Below, one piece after another: positions 27,193-39,984 of a stretch of DNA of 64,000 nucleotides. The stretch spans positions 43,462,001 through 43,526,000 of the forward strand of contig OX597815.1 in assembly GCA_951406725.2 (NCBI GenBank), given 5' to 3'. The translations under genes were made by a program, and so were the position numbers. The notes below the pieces were generated by a model. It was not told the origin of the DNA. It searched no databases and saw only the letters and a list, made by a program, of their open reading frames with translations. The first letter of the stretch is position 1. Each line of letters starts with the position of its first letter. The stretch comes from Octopus vulgaris. Lineage: Eukaryota.

Positions 27193-27194
<2 letters not shown>
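26374..27194 (-). mobile_element. Element with 100-bp direct terminal repeats in (TA)n, probably a PLE pseudo-LTR derivative
   Basis: 26374-26473 equals 27095-27194 with 1 mismatch, and (TA)n lies on both sides. The PLE assignment is inference. Confidence 0.55.
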
Positions 27195-27258
<64 letters not shown>

Positions 27259-27496
27259 ATAGCTAGCTAGCTAGATAGATAGATATACGTCTTCAATTAT
27301 TTTATTTGTTTCAGTCATTTGATTGCAACCATGTTGGAGCAACGTCTTTAGTCAAACAAATCGATCCCAGGACTTATTCTTTGTAAGCCTAGTACTTATT
27401 CTATCGGTCTATTTTGCCGAACCATTTAGTTACGGGGACGTAAATTCACCAGCATCCGTTGTCAAGCGATGGTGGTGTGTTTACGTCCCCGTAACT

Positions 27497-27529
<33 letters not shown>

Positions 27530-27622
27530 GTATCTATATATGCACGTACGTATGTATATATGCATATATATATATGTATACATGTATATATATACATATA
27601 TATGAATATACATTTGCATATG

Positions 27623-27671
<49 letters not shown>

Positions 27672-27969
27672 GTGTGTACTTATTCTGTCGGTCTGTTTTC
27701 GGGGACCGCTAGGATACGAGGACGCAAACACAACACCTCTGTCTGTCATGCGGTGTTTGTGTGTGAGTGGGGGGACTGCGTCCTCGTATCCTAGCGGTCC
27801 CCGAAAACAGACCGACAGAATAAGTACCAGGCTTAGGAATGTAAGTATTGGGGTCGATTCATTCGAAGAAAAATGCAACTCTTCGTCCCAGCATGGCCGC
27901 AGGCTGATGGCTGAGACATATAAAAGATAGAGGTTAAAAGATGTGTATACGTGCGTATATATTCTTTTC

Positions 27970-28350
27970 TACTCTAGGCAAGAGGCCCGAAATTTTGGGG
28001 GAGAGGGGCAGTCGATTAGATCGACTCCAGTGCGTAACTGGTACATCCGAAAGGATGAAAGGCGAAGTCGACCTCGGCGAAATGTGAACCCAGAACGTGA
28101 AGGCAGAAGAAATACCTATTTCTTTACTACCCACAAGGGGCTAAACACAGAGAGGACAAACAAGGACAGACAAACGGATAAAGTCAATTATATGGACCCC
28201 AGTGCGTAACTGGTACTTAATTTATCGACCCCGAAAGGATGAAAGGCAAAGTCGACCTCGGCGGAATTTGAACTCAGAACGTAACGGCAGACGAAATACC
28301 GCTAAGCATTTCGCCCGCGTGCTAACGATTCTGCCAGCTTGCCGTCTTTA
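27970..28350 (-). mobile_element. SINE family B, internally duplicated form
   Basis: GTGCGTAACTGGTAC...CCGAAAGGATGAAAGGC.AAGTCGACCTCGGCG is present twice. Confidence 0.85.
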
Positions 28351-28631
28351 CGTGCATATATATTTAAGTGCATATATATTCAGCCCACCGTAACTTTTAG
28401 TGGAAACAACTATAAGCTTATAAGGTACATAAGATAATCATTTAATCCTTTGCAATCTCTTTTTTTATACATACATACATACATACATACATACATACAT
28501 ACATACATACATACATACATACATACGTACATACGTACATACGTACATACATACATACATACATACATACATACATACATACATACATACATACATACAT
28601 ACATACATACATACATACATACATACATACA

Positions 28632-28996
28632 ATCAAGGCTTCTGAAAACCAGAGAAGAGAAGTCTAATTCGAGGACAATAGATCCAATCCATCACTGGAA
28701 TTGTAAAAATCTGTAAAGCTTTCCAGAAGTTTATCAATTAAATATATATGAGCATGTCTAGATATGCAGCTATATGCATGAGAATACATACATAAAACAT
28801 ACAAATCTGCATATACATTCATACATACATACATACATACATACATACACACACATACATACATATATTCATACATATATACATACATATAAACAAAAAT
28901 AGCCTGTTGTTGATGTTGAAATTCCAATGAAGAAACCTTGGATCTAGGTTTTCTTTCTCTATTGGTAAGAAATCTTGAAATAAAACTGAATGATGA
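28632..28996 (+). mobile_element. R4-clade-like RLE retrotransposon, short 3' copy in (TACA)n
   Basis: Homologous to 29716-30082 (ORF end plus 3' UTR); perfect (ACAT)n on both sides. Confidence 0.8.
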
Positions 28997-29063
28997 CATA
29001 CATACATACATACATACATACATACATACATACATACATACATACATACATACATACATACAT

Positions 29064-30082
29064 GGATATGTTAGTAGAAAGCTCCGTGATGATAGTAACA
29101 TTGATCATCAAAGCAGTTTATCATGGACCAATAGCCGGAATACTACCTCCATCTTTGAAGAGTATACGTTTGCAATCCAGGAATAGTAAATATCAACCAA
29201 GTACCTGATGCCCAAAAGGGGATACAGATGCATGAAAAGCAGTAAAATGTAAGAAACGGTGCAGATTTTGTGAACTTCACACTAAAGATATCACCCACAT
29301 CATAAGCAGTTGTCCGAAAATGTCATCACAGTATTATTTACCGATGAGACATGATGTTGTAACTAGGACAGTCTATAATGAAATCCGTCGGAAGGATAAT
29401 CCCGAGGACAAAGAAATAAAAACCCATAGCTACTCATAATGAAAAGGAATACTGGTGGAATGTACCAGTGAAGCCCTCAATAAAATGTAAGTACTGATAA
29501 CATGATATAATGATTTGGGATAGAGAAAAGAAACTGTGCACAGTTGTGGAAATTAGCTGCCCAGTGGATGTTAACATAAAGCTGCAGTGAAAAAGAGAAC
29601 ACCTATACAGAGCTATTGAGAAATCTACAGTTACTCTACCCAGATTACAAGTTCAGGTTTATACCTGTAATTATTGGGGCCCTAGGATATGCAACACATT
29701 GCCTAAATACCAATTGGCTTCTCAAAACTAGAAAGCTAATTCGAAGACTACAGATCCAATCCATCACTGGTACTGTAACAATTTGTAAAACTTTCCAGAA
29801 GATTATCATTTAAATATATATGAGCATGTCTAGATATGTAACTATATGCATGAGAATACATAGATAAAACATACAAATCTGCACATACATACATACATGC
29901 TTACATACATACATATATACATACATGCATGCAGGCATACATACATATATACGTACATACATACATACATAAATACAAACAAAAACACCCTGTTGTTGAT
30001 GTTGAAATTCCAATGAAGGAATCTAGGTTAGAAACCGGTTCTTTCTCTATTGGCATGAAATTTTGAAATAAACTGAATAACG
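29064..30082 (+). mobile_element. R4/Dong-like RLE retrotransposon, 5'-truncated, ORF disrupted
   Basis: Translates YTFAIQE, CRFC...DITHIISSCPKMSSQYYLPMRHD (CCHC knuckle), YWWN, DIMIWDREKKLCTVVEISCP and IPVIIGALG (RLE domain). Confidence 0.88.
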
Positions 30083-30594
30083 ACATACATACGTACATAC
30101 ATACAAACATACATATATGCATACATGCAGGCATGCATACATGCAGGCATGCATACATGCATACTTACATGCATAAATGCATACATTCATCCATCCATCC
30201 ATCCATCTATCTATACATTCATATATACATACGCACGTACATACGTACATACATACATACATACATACATACATACATACATACATACATACATACATAC
30301 ATACATGCATGCATGTATGTACATACGTACAAACATACATAAGTATGTATGTGTGCGTGTGTATCTTTGTATTTGTGCATTTGTGTATGAATGTTTTATC
30401 TTGATTCGGTCATTTTTGGTTCAGTCGTTCTTGCTAGTACAAAACACAGAGTCAATAGAAAAATAACCTCCATAGATACGTTTGTTTCGACAAATAATTT
30501 TGTATCTAGGAATTTGCAAAAATATTATATGAATCTAATACACATGTGTAGCGTTAGATCTGCTTCCAACAATAAATGTCGGAGATCCGAAAGT

Positions 30595-31000
30595 TGACAT
30601 TGGGCCGCAGATGAAATTCCCAGAGAACTATCACTTCAACATCACACATGTAGGACATGGTGCTCATCTCAGAAGCAGCTGGTTCAGATAGAAATCTCAG
30701 TTCTGTAGATGAAAAATACCGAGGAGGCAAATGAGAGTAAAAGAAGGAAATATGCTAAACTGGAGATGCTATAAGCAAAGTAATGGATCGCTGCCCATTG
30801 CTTGCTTATAGCAAAATGCACGAAATCTTCAGCATTCCATCTCGTAACTACATCGGGGTGGAATGTTAGATTTGCAAACCTGTCCCACTGCAGAACTTAG
30901 AACACGCTGGATCTCAAAGGGTATAACAGAAGCCATCAAGTTGGCTGCAGAGGATTCATTAAGGTAGCTGTGGATTGGGAGGTGCGAATCCCAATGACGA
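30595..31000 (+). mobile_element. HERO-like RLE C-terminal relic
   Basis: Translates DIGPQMKFP, DMVLIS..KQLVQIEISV, EEANESKRRKYAKL and AAEDSLR*LWIGR. Confidence 0.6.
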
Positions 31001-31190
31001 AGGGGTAACTGTGACATCGAAGTTTCGGGCTGCCACATTTCGTCGGATTTCACATTCTTCTTCAATCCGATTCTTGTAAAGGTACAATAAGTAGATGCTG
31101 AGTAAAAGTAGTGCGGTGTAAATTAATCAGTTTAATATTAAAATGTTCCTTATTACAAGAACTATCATTCATAGATTAACAAAGATTATT

Positions 31191-31237
<47 letters not shown>

Positions 31238-31254
31238 CCATATTATTATTATTA

Positions 31255-31904
<650 letters not shown>

Positions 31905-32192
31905 TCATATATCTATATATGTGTGTGTGTCTGTTTGTATGTGTGTGTGTGATTTTCTTATATATGTATATATGTATATATATAGACATATAATTCCAAA
32001 ACTTACAGGGAAAATTTCAATTTTACAAATTTAAATCAAATTTCACAATATATAATATATGTATATGGTATGAATAACATCTTTCATTATTGACTTATTT
32101 AATAGAGGTTTTCCTCTAAATTATATATATATGGCGGTGCCCCAGCATGGCCACAGCTCGTGAGCTGAAACTAGATAACAAAAAATATACAC

Positions 32193-32247
<55 letters not shown>

Positions 32248-32917
32248 CCCCTTCTCTCTCTCTCTCTGTATGTGTGTGTATGTGTGTGTGTATGTGTGTG
32301 TGTATTTGTTCGTTGGCAAACTATTTCTTCCTCGAAAACTGCTACAATGCTGAGTTGATCTTACAAATCTATTGCGCAGCTCTCAGCTCGTTTTTATCTA
32401 TGACGAAATTGTTAAGCGTATTATTGTCACAGGTTACAGGGTATGTAAGCGGATAGCAGACATGTCCAACCATGTTCTACATAGGTACCCACACATAACT
32501 AATCAACACTCACATACATATGGCCTCATTCACATGCCAGCCATGCATGCGTCAATGTGTGTGTGTGTGTGAGTATGACGTATATATATATATATATATA
32601 TATATGATCATAAAGAGAAAGAGAGGGAGAGACGTATATGTCTATGTGTGTATGTCCATAAATATAATCATACCCGTATGTATAATGTATATACGTATAC
32701 AGAAACACATCCTCACTCACACACACATATATACGTATGTATGCATGTATGTATGTATATATATATATATATTTCTTTATTGTCCACAAGGGGCTAAACA
32801 TAGAAGGGACAAACAAGGACAGACAACGGGATTAAGTCGATTACATCGACTCCAGTGCGAAACTGGTACTTTATTTATCTACCCCGAAAGGATGAAAGGC
32901 AAAGATAGCTATATGTG

Positions 32918-32978
<61 letters not shown>

Positions 32979-32979
32979 T

Positions 32980-33375
32980 CTTTTATTCCTTTATACTTGT
33001 AATTGTTTCAGTCATTTGACTGCAGCCATGCTGGAGCACCACGTTTTAGTCGAGTAAATCGACCCCAAGACTTATTCTTTGTAACCCTAGTACTTACTCT
33101 ATCGGTCTCTTTTGCCGAACCGTTAAGTTACGGGGACGTAAACACACCGCCATCGGGTGTCAAGCGATGTTCGGGGGACAAACACAGACACACAAACATA
33201 TATATATACATATATACGACGGTCTTCTTTCAGTTCACCAAATCCACTCACAAAGCTTTGGTCGGCCCGAGGCTATAGCGGAAGACGCTTGCCAAAGGTG
33301 CCACGCAGTTTAACTGAACCCAGAACTATGTTGTTGGTAAGCAAGCTACTTAATACACAGTCACGCCTGCGCCTA
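32980..33375 (-). mobile_element. SINE family A, near full length
   Basis: Head and tail motifs as in the other copies. Confidence 0.85.
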
Positions 33376-33399
33376 TATATATATATATACGTATATATA

Positions 33400-33524
33400 T
33401 CACCTTGATCACACCTTGACCGACCAGTACGTCGGGCGTCCATTTGACACCGCAGGTCACAGCACGATGTCCACTCCTCTATGGATCGCGCCTTTCTCAT
33501 CCACGTGATCCCAATCGCCCTCAA

Positions 33525-33525
<1 letters not shown>
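33400..33525 (-). mobile_element. Short LINE 3'-end fragment (RTE-like) in (TA)n
   Basis: GC-rich island translating LRAIGITWMRKARSIEEW, typical of an RTE C-terminus. Confidence 0.5.
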
Positions 33526-33598
<73 letters not shown>

Positions 33599-34410
33599 TA
33601 ACATGCCTGGCCAACGCAATACAGTTTTATTTAATCGCAAGCAGATATTCAATAACTCAGTACTGGAAGTTTCAAAATTTACTCGGAACTATGGAATATG
33701 TCTATGTAAAGAAATTAACAGATTCGTTTGAGCTCTTCTGGATTATTTTCTAGCCCACTTCACTCTAAGTTCAAACCTTTACGGATTCAACCATTACGGA
33801 TCGACTTTATTACTCACCCTTTTGTGTTTGGCAAATACACCAGCAGACCTGCCCGGTGGATTTGTGAAATTGCTAGTTTGTCGAACGACACACCCTGCAG
33901 TGTCCCAAAAAATGTATATACTCATTGACTGATTATAAAGTCAGTGTTTATCAAAACTCGTTTCGTTTAGAAAATTTTACAGAGTTTACGAATAGATTTC
34001 AATCTTCTTTTTCTATTTTTTTATCAATGTTTGTTTTTAAGAAATATGACCATTTTTGTCCATGCTGACAATTCTAGGCAATAGAATCGCAAATATCAAG
34101 AAACATTTCGTTCAGTATTTGTGCGCATTCTTGCTCAAGGGCTGCCTCAATTCGTCGACTGTTTCTTAGTGTGTGCCGTAAGCTATGCCTTTTATGTATC
34201 CCCATAAAATAGTCTTGTAGTGTGAGGTCTGATGAGTGCGGAGAATATTCTATTGAATTTCTTCGCCCAGTCATCTTGTTGTAACAAAATCTTATCAAGG
34301 TAAGGTAAGCTCTTTCGCTAGACCTGTAGTATGGGTTGTCCCAAGTTGCAGGAAATAGAACACTACATCTTTAGTATCCTCTTTAATGCTTAGCACAGTA
34401 GATTCTCGCA

Positions 34411-34651
34411 AAAAAAACAAAAAAAAACGGTGAAGTTCCTTCCCGAGTCATATAGACTTATAGAATCAGCTTCCCGGTTTCCATGAGATGTATATTCCCC
34501 ACCCGCACGGAACGCCGGTTTGCTTCAGGATTACACATTTTTGCCAGCTGAGTGGACTAGAGAACACAATGCATCGCCCGGTCTAGGAATCGAAACCACA
34601 ATTTTACAGTCAAGAATCCAACACCCTAACTACAAAGCCACGCGCCTCCAC
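34411..34651 (-). mobile_element. SINE (family C head, tail T3) nested in the transposase
   Basis: Head GGAGGCGCGTGGCTTTGTAGTTAGGGTG. TSD GATT(C/G)TCGCA at 34401-34410 and 34652-34661. Confidence 0.78.
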
Positions 34652-35204
34652 GATTGTCGCAGTAAGTTCAAGTAAATAGGCCAGTCATTGTACAGTCAAG
34701 AACGAAGGGTCATATTAATACTTTTGATGATAAGCCACAACATAACATCATCTACACATTTTCCCATGTGCCACATATAAAATTCCACTCTTCGGTCTGC
34801 AACATCTTCATTTTTGGAATATAACTTGTCCATTGACTGCACCCCAAAATGCGATGGATACTTTGTTTTGAAATTTCTGTCCCACGATTCGTTTCTACAT
34901 GTGTTTTTCTTGGCGTTTTTTAAAAAACACTGACAGTACTTTACTAGTACCCTTTCTTGCTTTCTGGGGTTTTTTAATGTCCGCGACATTCCGGAACGTT
35001 TCTTGTCGACATTCTTAACAGTTTCATCTACTTCAAATTTATCTCTAAATTCGATTGAGGGAAAGTCATGTCGGTGGATCTGTTTGAAACTCCCTCCTAA
35101 ACTGTCTTAGCACTTCGATCGCGTTTTCAAACTTCCAGTTGCATTTTACAATCATTTTTTGTTTGTTTAAAGCTTGGTCAAGTCTCCCTTATTATCTCTA
35201 AGGG

Positions 35205-35395
35205 GTCGGACTGGCAGAATCGTTAGCACCCCGGACAAATGCTAAGCAGCATTTCGTTCATCTTTACGTTTTGAGTTCAAATTCTACCGCGGTCGATTTT
35301 GCCTTTCATCCTTTCAGGATGACACTGGGGTCGATTTAATCGACTAGTCCCCTCCCCAAAATTTCAGGCTTTGTTCCTTTAGTAGAAAGGATTAT
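35205..35395 (+). mobile_element. SINE family B copy
   Basis: CTGGCAGAATCGTTAGCAC...TGAGTTCAAATT...GCCTTTCATCCTTTC. Confidence 0.8.
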
Positions 35396-35931
35396 ATCAA
35401 ATGGGTTAAATGTAAAAGAAACTGAAACTAAGTGACTTATCAGCTGTTAATGTATGTATACATTTTTCGGGACATGATACATACCAGGAAGCTATATGTG
35501 ATTGGAAGTATAAAGTTGTATAGTTGCAATTTATAACTTGTATATAGCTAAAGCATTTCGTTAGTGAATTCTCAATAATAATGCGTCTTTCCAATGAAAT
35601 ATGGGCGTATTTGAAATTATGTGACATATTTTGGGCGATACTCCTCTAATAACCTTTGAAATATCTATCCACTTTCATTTTCAGTATGTTTTCCTCTCCT
35701 GTCACTCGGGTCTAGCTCGCTTTGTATACTCATGTACCGAACGTCACACATATACATATACATCTATGCACATACGTGTACACACATGTACACGCACGTA
35801 CACACACTTACACATACGTACCTTTCCTCGCCCACTTATGGATCATGCGCACAAGCATACACTGATATCTGAGTGTCAGCACGTATTCACGTATGACATA
35901 TTTAAACTCGGATTTCTCTTAATGCTTTCAT

Positions 35932-35945
35932 TTCTTCTTCTTCTT

Positions 35946-36041
<96 letters not shown>

Positions 36042-36044
36042 TTA

Positions 36045-36078
<34 letters not shown>

Positions 36079-36093
36079 CATTATTATTATCAT

Positions 36094-36132
<39 letters not shown>
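35932..36132. repeat. Compound (TTC)n(TTA)n(CTA)n trinucleotide repeat
   Basis: Directly visible. Confidence 0.95.
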
Positions 36133-36405
36133 ATTCTGAGTTCAAATTGCACCGAGGTTGACGTTCCCTTTCATCCATTCGGGGTCGATAAAATAAGTAC
36201 CAGTTGAACACTGGGGTCAATGTAATCGACTCATCCCCCACCTCCCCCCAAGCTGCCCTTGTGGCAAAAATTTGAAATAATAATTATTATTATCACTACG
36301 TTCTGAGTTCAAATTGCACCGTGGTCGACTTTCCCTTTCATCCTTTCGGGGTCGATTAATTAAATAACAGTTACGCACTGGAGTCGATGCAATCAATTAG
36401 AAATG

Positions 36406-36479
<74 letters not shown>

Positions 36480-36881
36480 CATTATTATTACTATGTTGTT
36501 TTTGTTGTTGTTGTTCTCTATTGAATATCATTTTCACAAAATCTGATATCGTTGTGCTGAAAACCCGTGGTTTTATTAGCAACGTCTCGAACGTGTATTT
36601 GTGTATCTGCTAGACAGGCAAATATAGGGAAAAGCGAAATTAAAAGTAGAAATGATTTAAACCGGCTTAGAAGTCATTCTCAGAAGCTATCGCTTTTAAT
36701 AGCTTAATTTCACTGTTGTCAAATATTTAGAATCGAAAACTATTTACTTAGTGTTATATCTGTATTAATTCTATTTACGTCTTTGGTTTTATTTTATTTA
36801 TAATTATTTAAAATAATCCTTTCATATTACAACACGGATGTATATATACATACACACATACATACACACACGTGCACGCGC

Positions 36882-36912
<31 letters not shown>

Positions 36913-36964
36913 CCTTCAAATATATATACATAGTAGTAGCAATATATATATACATATACATATA

Positions 36965-37057
<93 letters not shown>

Positions 37058-38139
37058 TTTTATCATTTGCTTGTTTCCGTCAGTAGACTGCGGTCATGCT
37101 GGGGTAGCGTCTTGAAATAATAATAACAATTATTATTACTACGTTCTGAGAATTTTCAATCGAATGAATCGATGCGAGTACCTTTTTAAAACTTGACACT
37201 TTCTCTATTGATACCGTTGCGGAACCGCTAAGTTACGGGTACGTAAATAGACTAACACATACACACAAACACATATACGGCGGCTTTTTTCAGTTTCTGT
37301 CTATTAAATTCAACTCACAACGCCATACTTGGCCTGGGAGGCTATCGTAGAAGACCCCGAAGGTGAACTCGGAACCATGTGGTTGAGAAGCAAGCTTCTT
37401 ATCTCACACCTACACCTTCAAATATATAACCACATGTGAATCGTTGGCGATTTTCTTCCTCCGTCTTCCTTTCTATTAGACTTTCCTCTGTTTCCGAAGA
37501 AGAGCGTTTCCTCGAAACGTTAAACCATCTTGTTTTCTTCCCTGAGGGTATGCGAATACTTTACATGTACCACCTCCTCGAATTGTTGTTTTTCTAGTGT
37601 TTGTTCTTCTTTTGGGGATTTACTATATATATATATACACACACCTAAATACGTACATAAAGACATACAAATATATTCTTATAAAAACACACGTATACAG
37701 TGAAATTTTTAAAAAATGGACGCGGTTAAAAATTAACACATGAAGAGCAAAAGAGCACATTACTAAATATATGGTGATACGAAGTATATGGTAAATATAA
37801 TGAAGCACACGCACGCGCGCACAGACATCGATAAAGCATTGTTAGAACATCAGATAAATTGGCTTGGAGAGATTGTTCTGAATTTGTATGCTCTGAGTTC
37901 AAATCCCGCCAAGGTCATCTCTGCCTAGTCAACCTAATCAAGTCTGTCTATTTGTCTGTCTCACTATCTTTATGTCTCTATGTCTGTCTCTCTGTCTCTG
38001 TCTTTGTCTCTCTCTTTGTCTGTCTGTCTATCTCTCCTTCTCTGTCAGAATTGGCTACGTTACGCTGTAATAGAGATTGATGAGTACCGCAATATATATA
38101 TATTGTTTGCGGAGTAACAAAGTATATGATAGTTTCCTG

Positions 38140-38345
38140 TAGAGAGATATCTTTACAACTGTTCAATATGACGACAGAAAACAGTCCTCCATACTCTACC
38201 AACATGCCAAAGACCACAATGGAGGTAACTTGGGTCAACTTGACACCCGCATTTTATCCAAGCACCCAAAAGACCCAACACTCAGACAAATACGGGAAAA
38301 CGTCCTTATAAATGAAACCTCCCCAAAATCTAAATAGGAAATATA
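38140..38345 (+). mobile_element. Penelope-like GIY-YIG endonuclease C-terminal relic
   Basis: Translates LYQHAKDHNGG...ILSKHPKDPTLRQIRENVLINETSP..LNRK, matching the H..H / RQIxEAVxI / PxLN pattern. Confidence 0.6.
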
Positions 38346-39111
38346 CATAATAGATACCATACCTTCATACCAACAGTTTACACAGGTAGAGTAGTATAGT
38401 TAGTGGACTGTTAGGTAGATAAATGTATGTATGTGTGTATGTGGGTGTGAGTGTGTGTAGATATGAAAATAAACAGATCAACATACAGGTACATAGGTTA
38501 CAAGAACAGACAAGCACACATACGCATATGGAGACTGAAACACAAGACCATATATATACACATATATACATGTGTGGAGACATATATACATGTGTGGAGA
38601 CACGGATCCACACATACAAAGAAGCACATCCATACATACAAACATGGTACATAGTTGCATAACACACACAAACATGCACACACAAGGAGACAGGGGTGCA
38701 TACATATACAAACACATGCTCACACACATATACATAAAAAATACACAAACACTGACATGCAAGCAAATAAATATGCAGGATACATACAGATGCACACACA
38801 TACAAACATATATACATATGCATACACACATATATATACATACATACACATGCAAACACACACATACATACATACATACGTACATGCATGCATGTATAGG
38901 CACAGACACGCACTGATCCACACACATGCGCACAAACAAAAGGGACGCAGTGTAAATAATGGACAGAGTCAAGACTATTGAAAAGGTTGCAAGACGCAAC
39001 GAAAATTTTAGGAAAATAAAAATAAGAAAAAAGTGGAAATTTTACCGGTGTGTTACATTTTAAGGCACAAAAAGAAAATGACTCTCCCCAGACACAACAG
39101 TGTATATATAT

Positions 39112-39180
<69 letters not shown>

Positions 39181-39188
39181 CATATATA

Positions 39189-39232
<44 letters not shown>

Positions 39233-39681
39233 CACATACATACATACATACATACATACATACATACATACATACATACATACATACATACATACATACA
39301 ACATACACACGCATTTCTCTGTGCTAGACTGTGTGAGTCTGTCTGTGTGTGTGTTGAGTGTGTGCGTGTGTATATTTGTTTGCAAACTATTGCTTCTTCA
39401 AAAAACGGCTACAATGTTGAGTCGATCCTACAAATCAATTGCGCAGCTCTCAACTAAATTTGGTCTATGACGAAATTGTTAGACGTTTTATGTCGTTATA
39501 AGTTACAGGGTATGTAAGTGGGTTGCAAATGTGTCCAGTCATGTTCTGCATAGGCACCCACTCACAAAAAATAAACACTCACATACATATGCCTTCATTC
39601 ACATACCAGCCATGTACGCGCCAGTGTGTGTGAGTCAGTGTGTGTATGTGAGTGTGTGTATGAGTATAACATATATATATG

Positions 39682-39795
<114 letters not shown>

Positions 39796-39984
39796 ATCAT
39801 AAAGATAATGGGAGCGTGAGAGAGAGAGAGAGTGTGTGTGTATGTGTGTGTGTGTGTACGTGTATAAATATAATCATACATGAATGTATAATATATATAC
39901 ATATATAGACACGCACACTCACACTTACACACACACACATATATATATATATATGTATATATATTTGTTTTATTTGTTTTATCC

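Larger units (their letters stand above)
33898..35478 (-). mobile_element. Decayed Tc1/mariner-superfamily transposon (DD37D/DUF4817 type) with two nested SINEs
   Basis: TIR-like TGTCCCAAAAAATGTATA / TATACATTTTTCGGGACA. Translates WKFENAIEVLRQFRREFQTDPPT, RDKFEVDETV, CGLSSK and GRRNSIEYSPHSSDLT (cf. GRRGxxxWPPRSPDLT). Confidence 0.82.

Noticed and set aside
38365-39297. 310-aa MYVC/YI-rich ORF
   Set aside because: Degenerate (TACA)/(TA)/(CA) repeats with no protein-like composition.
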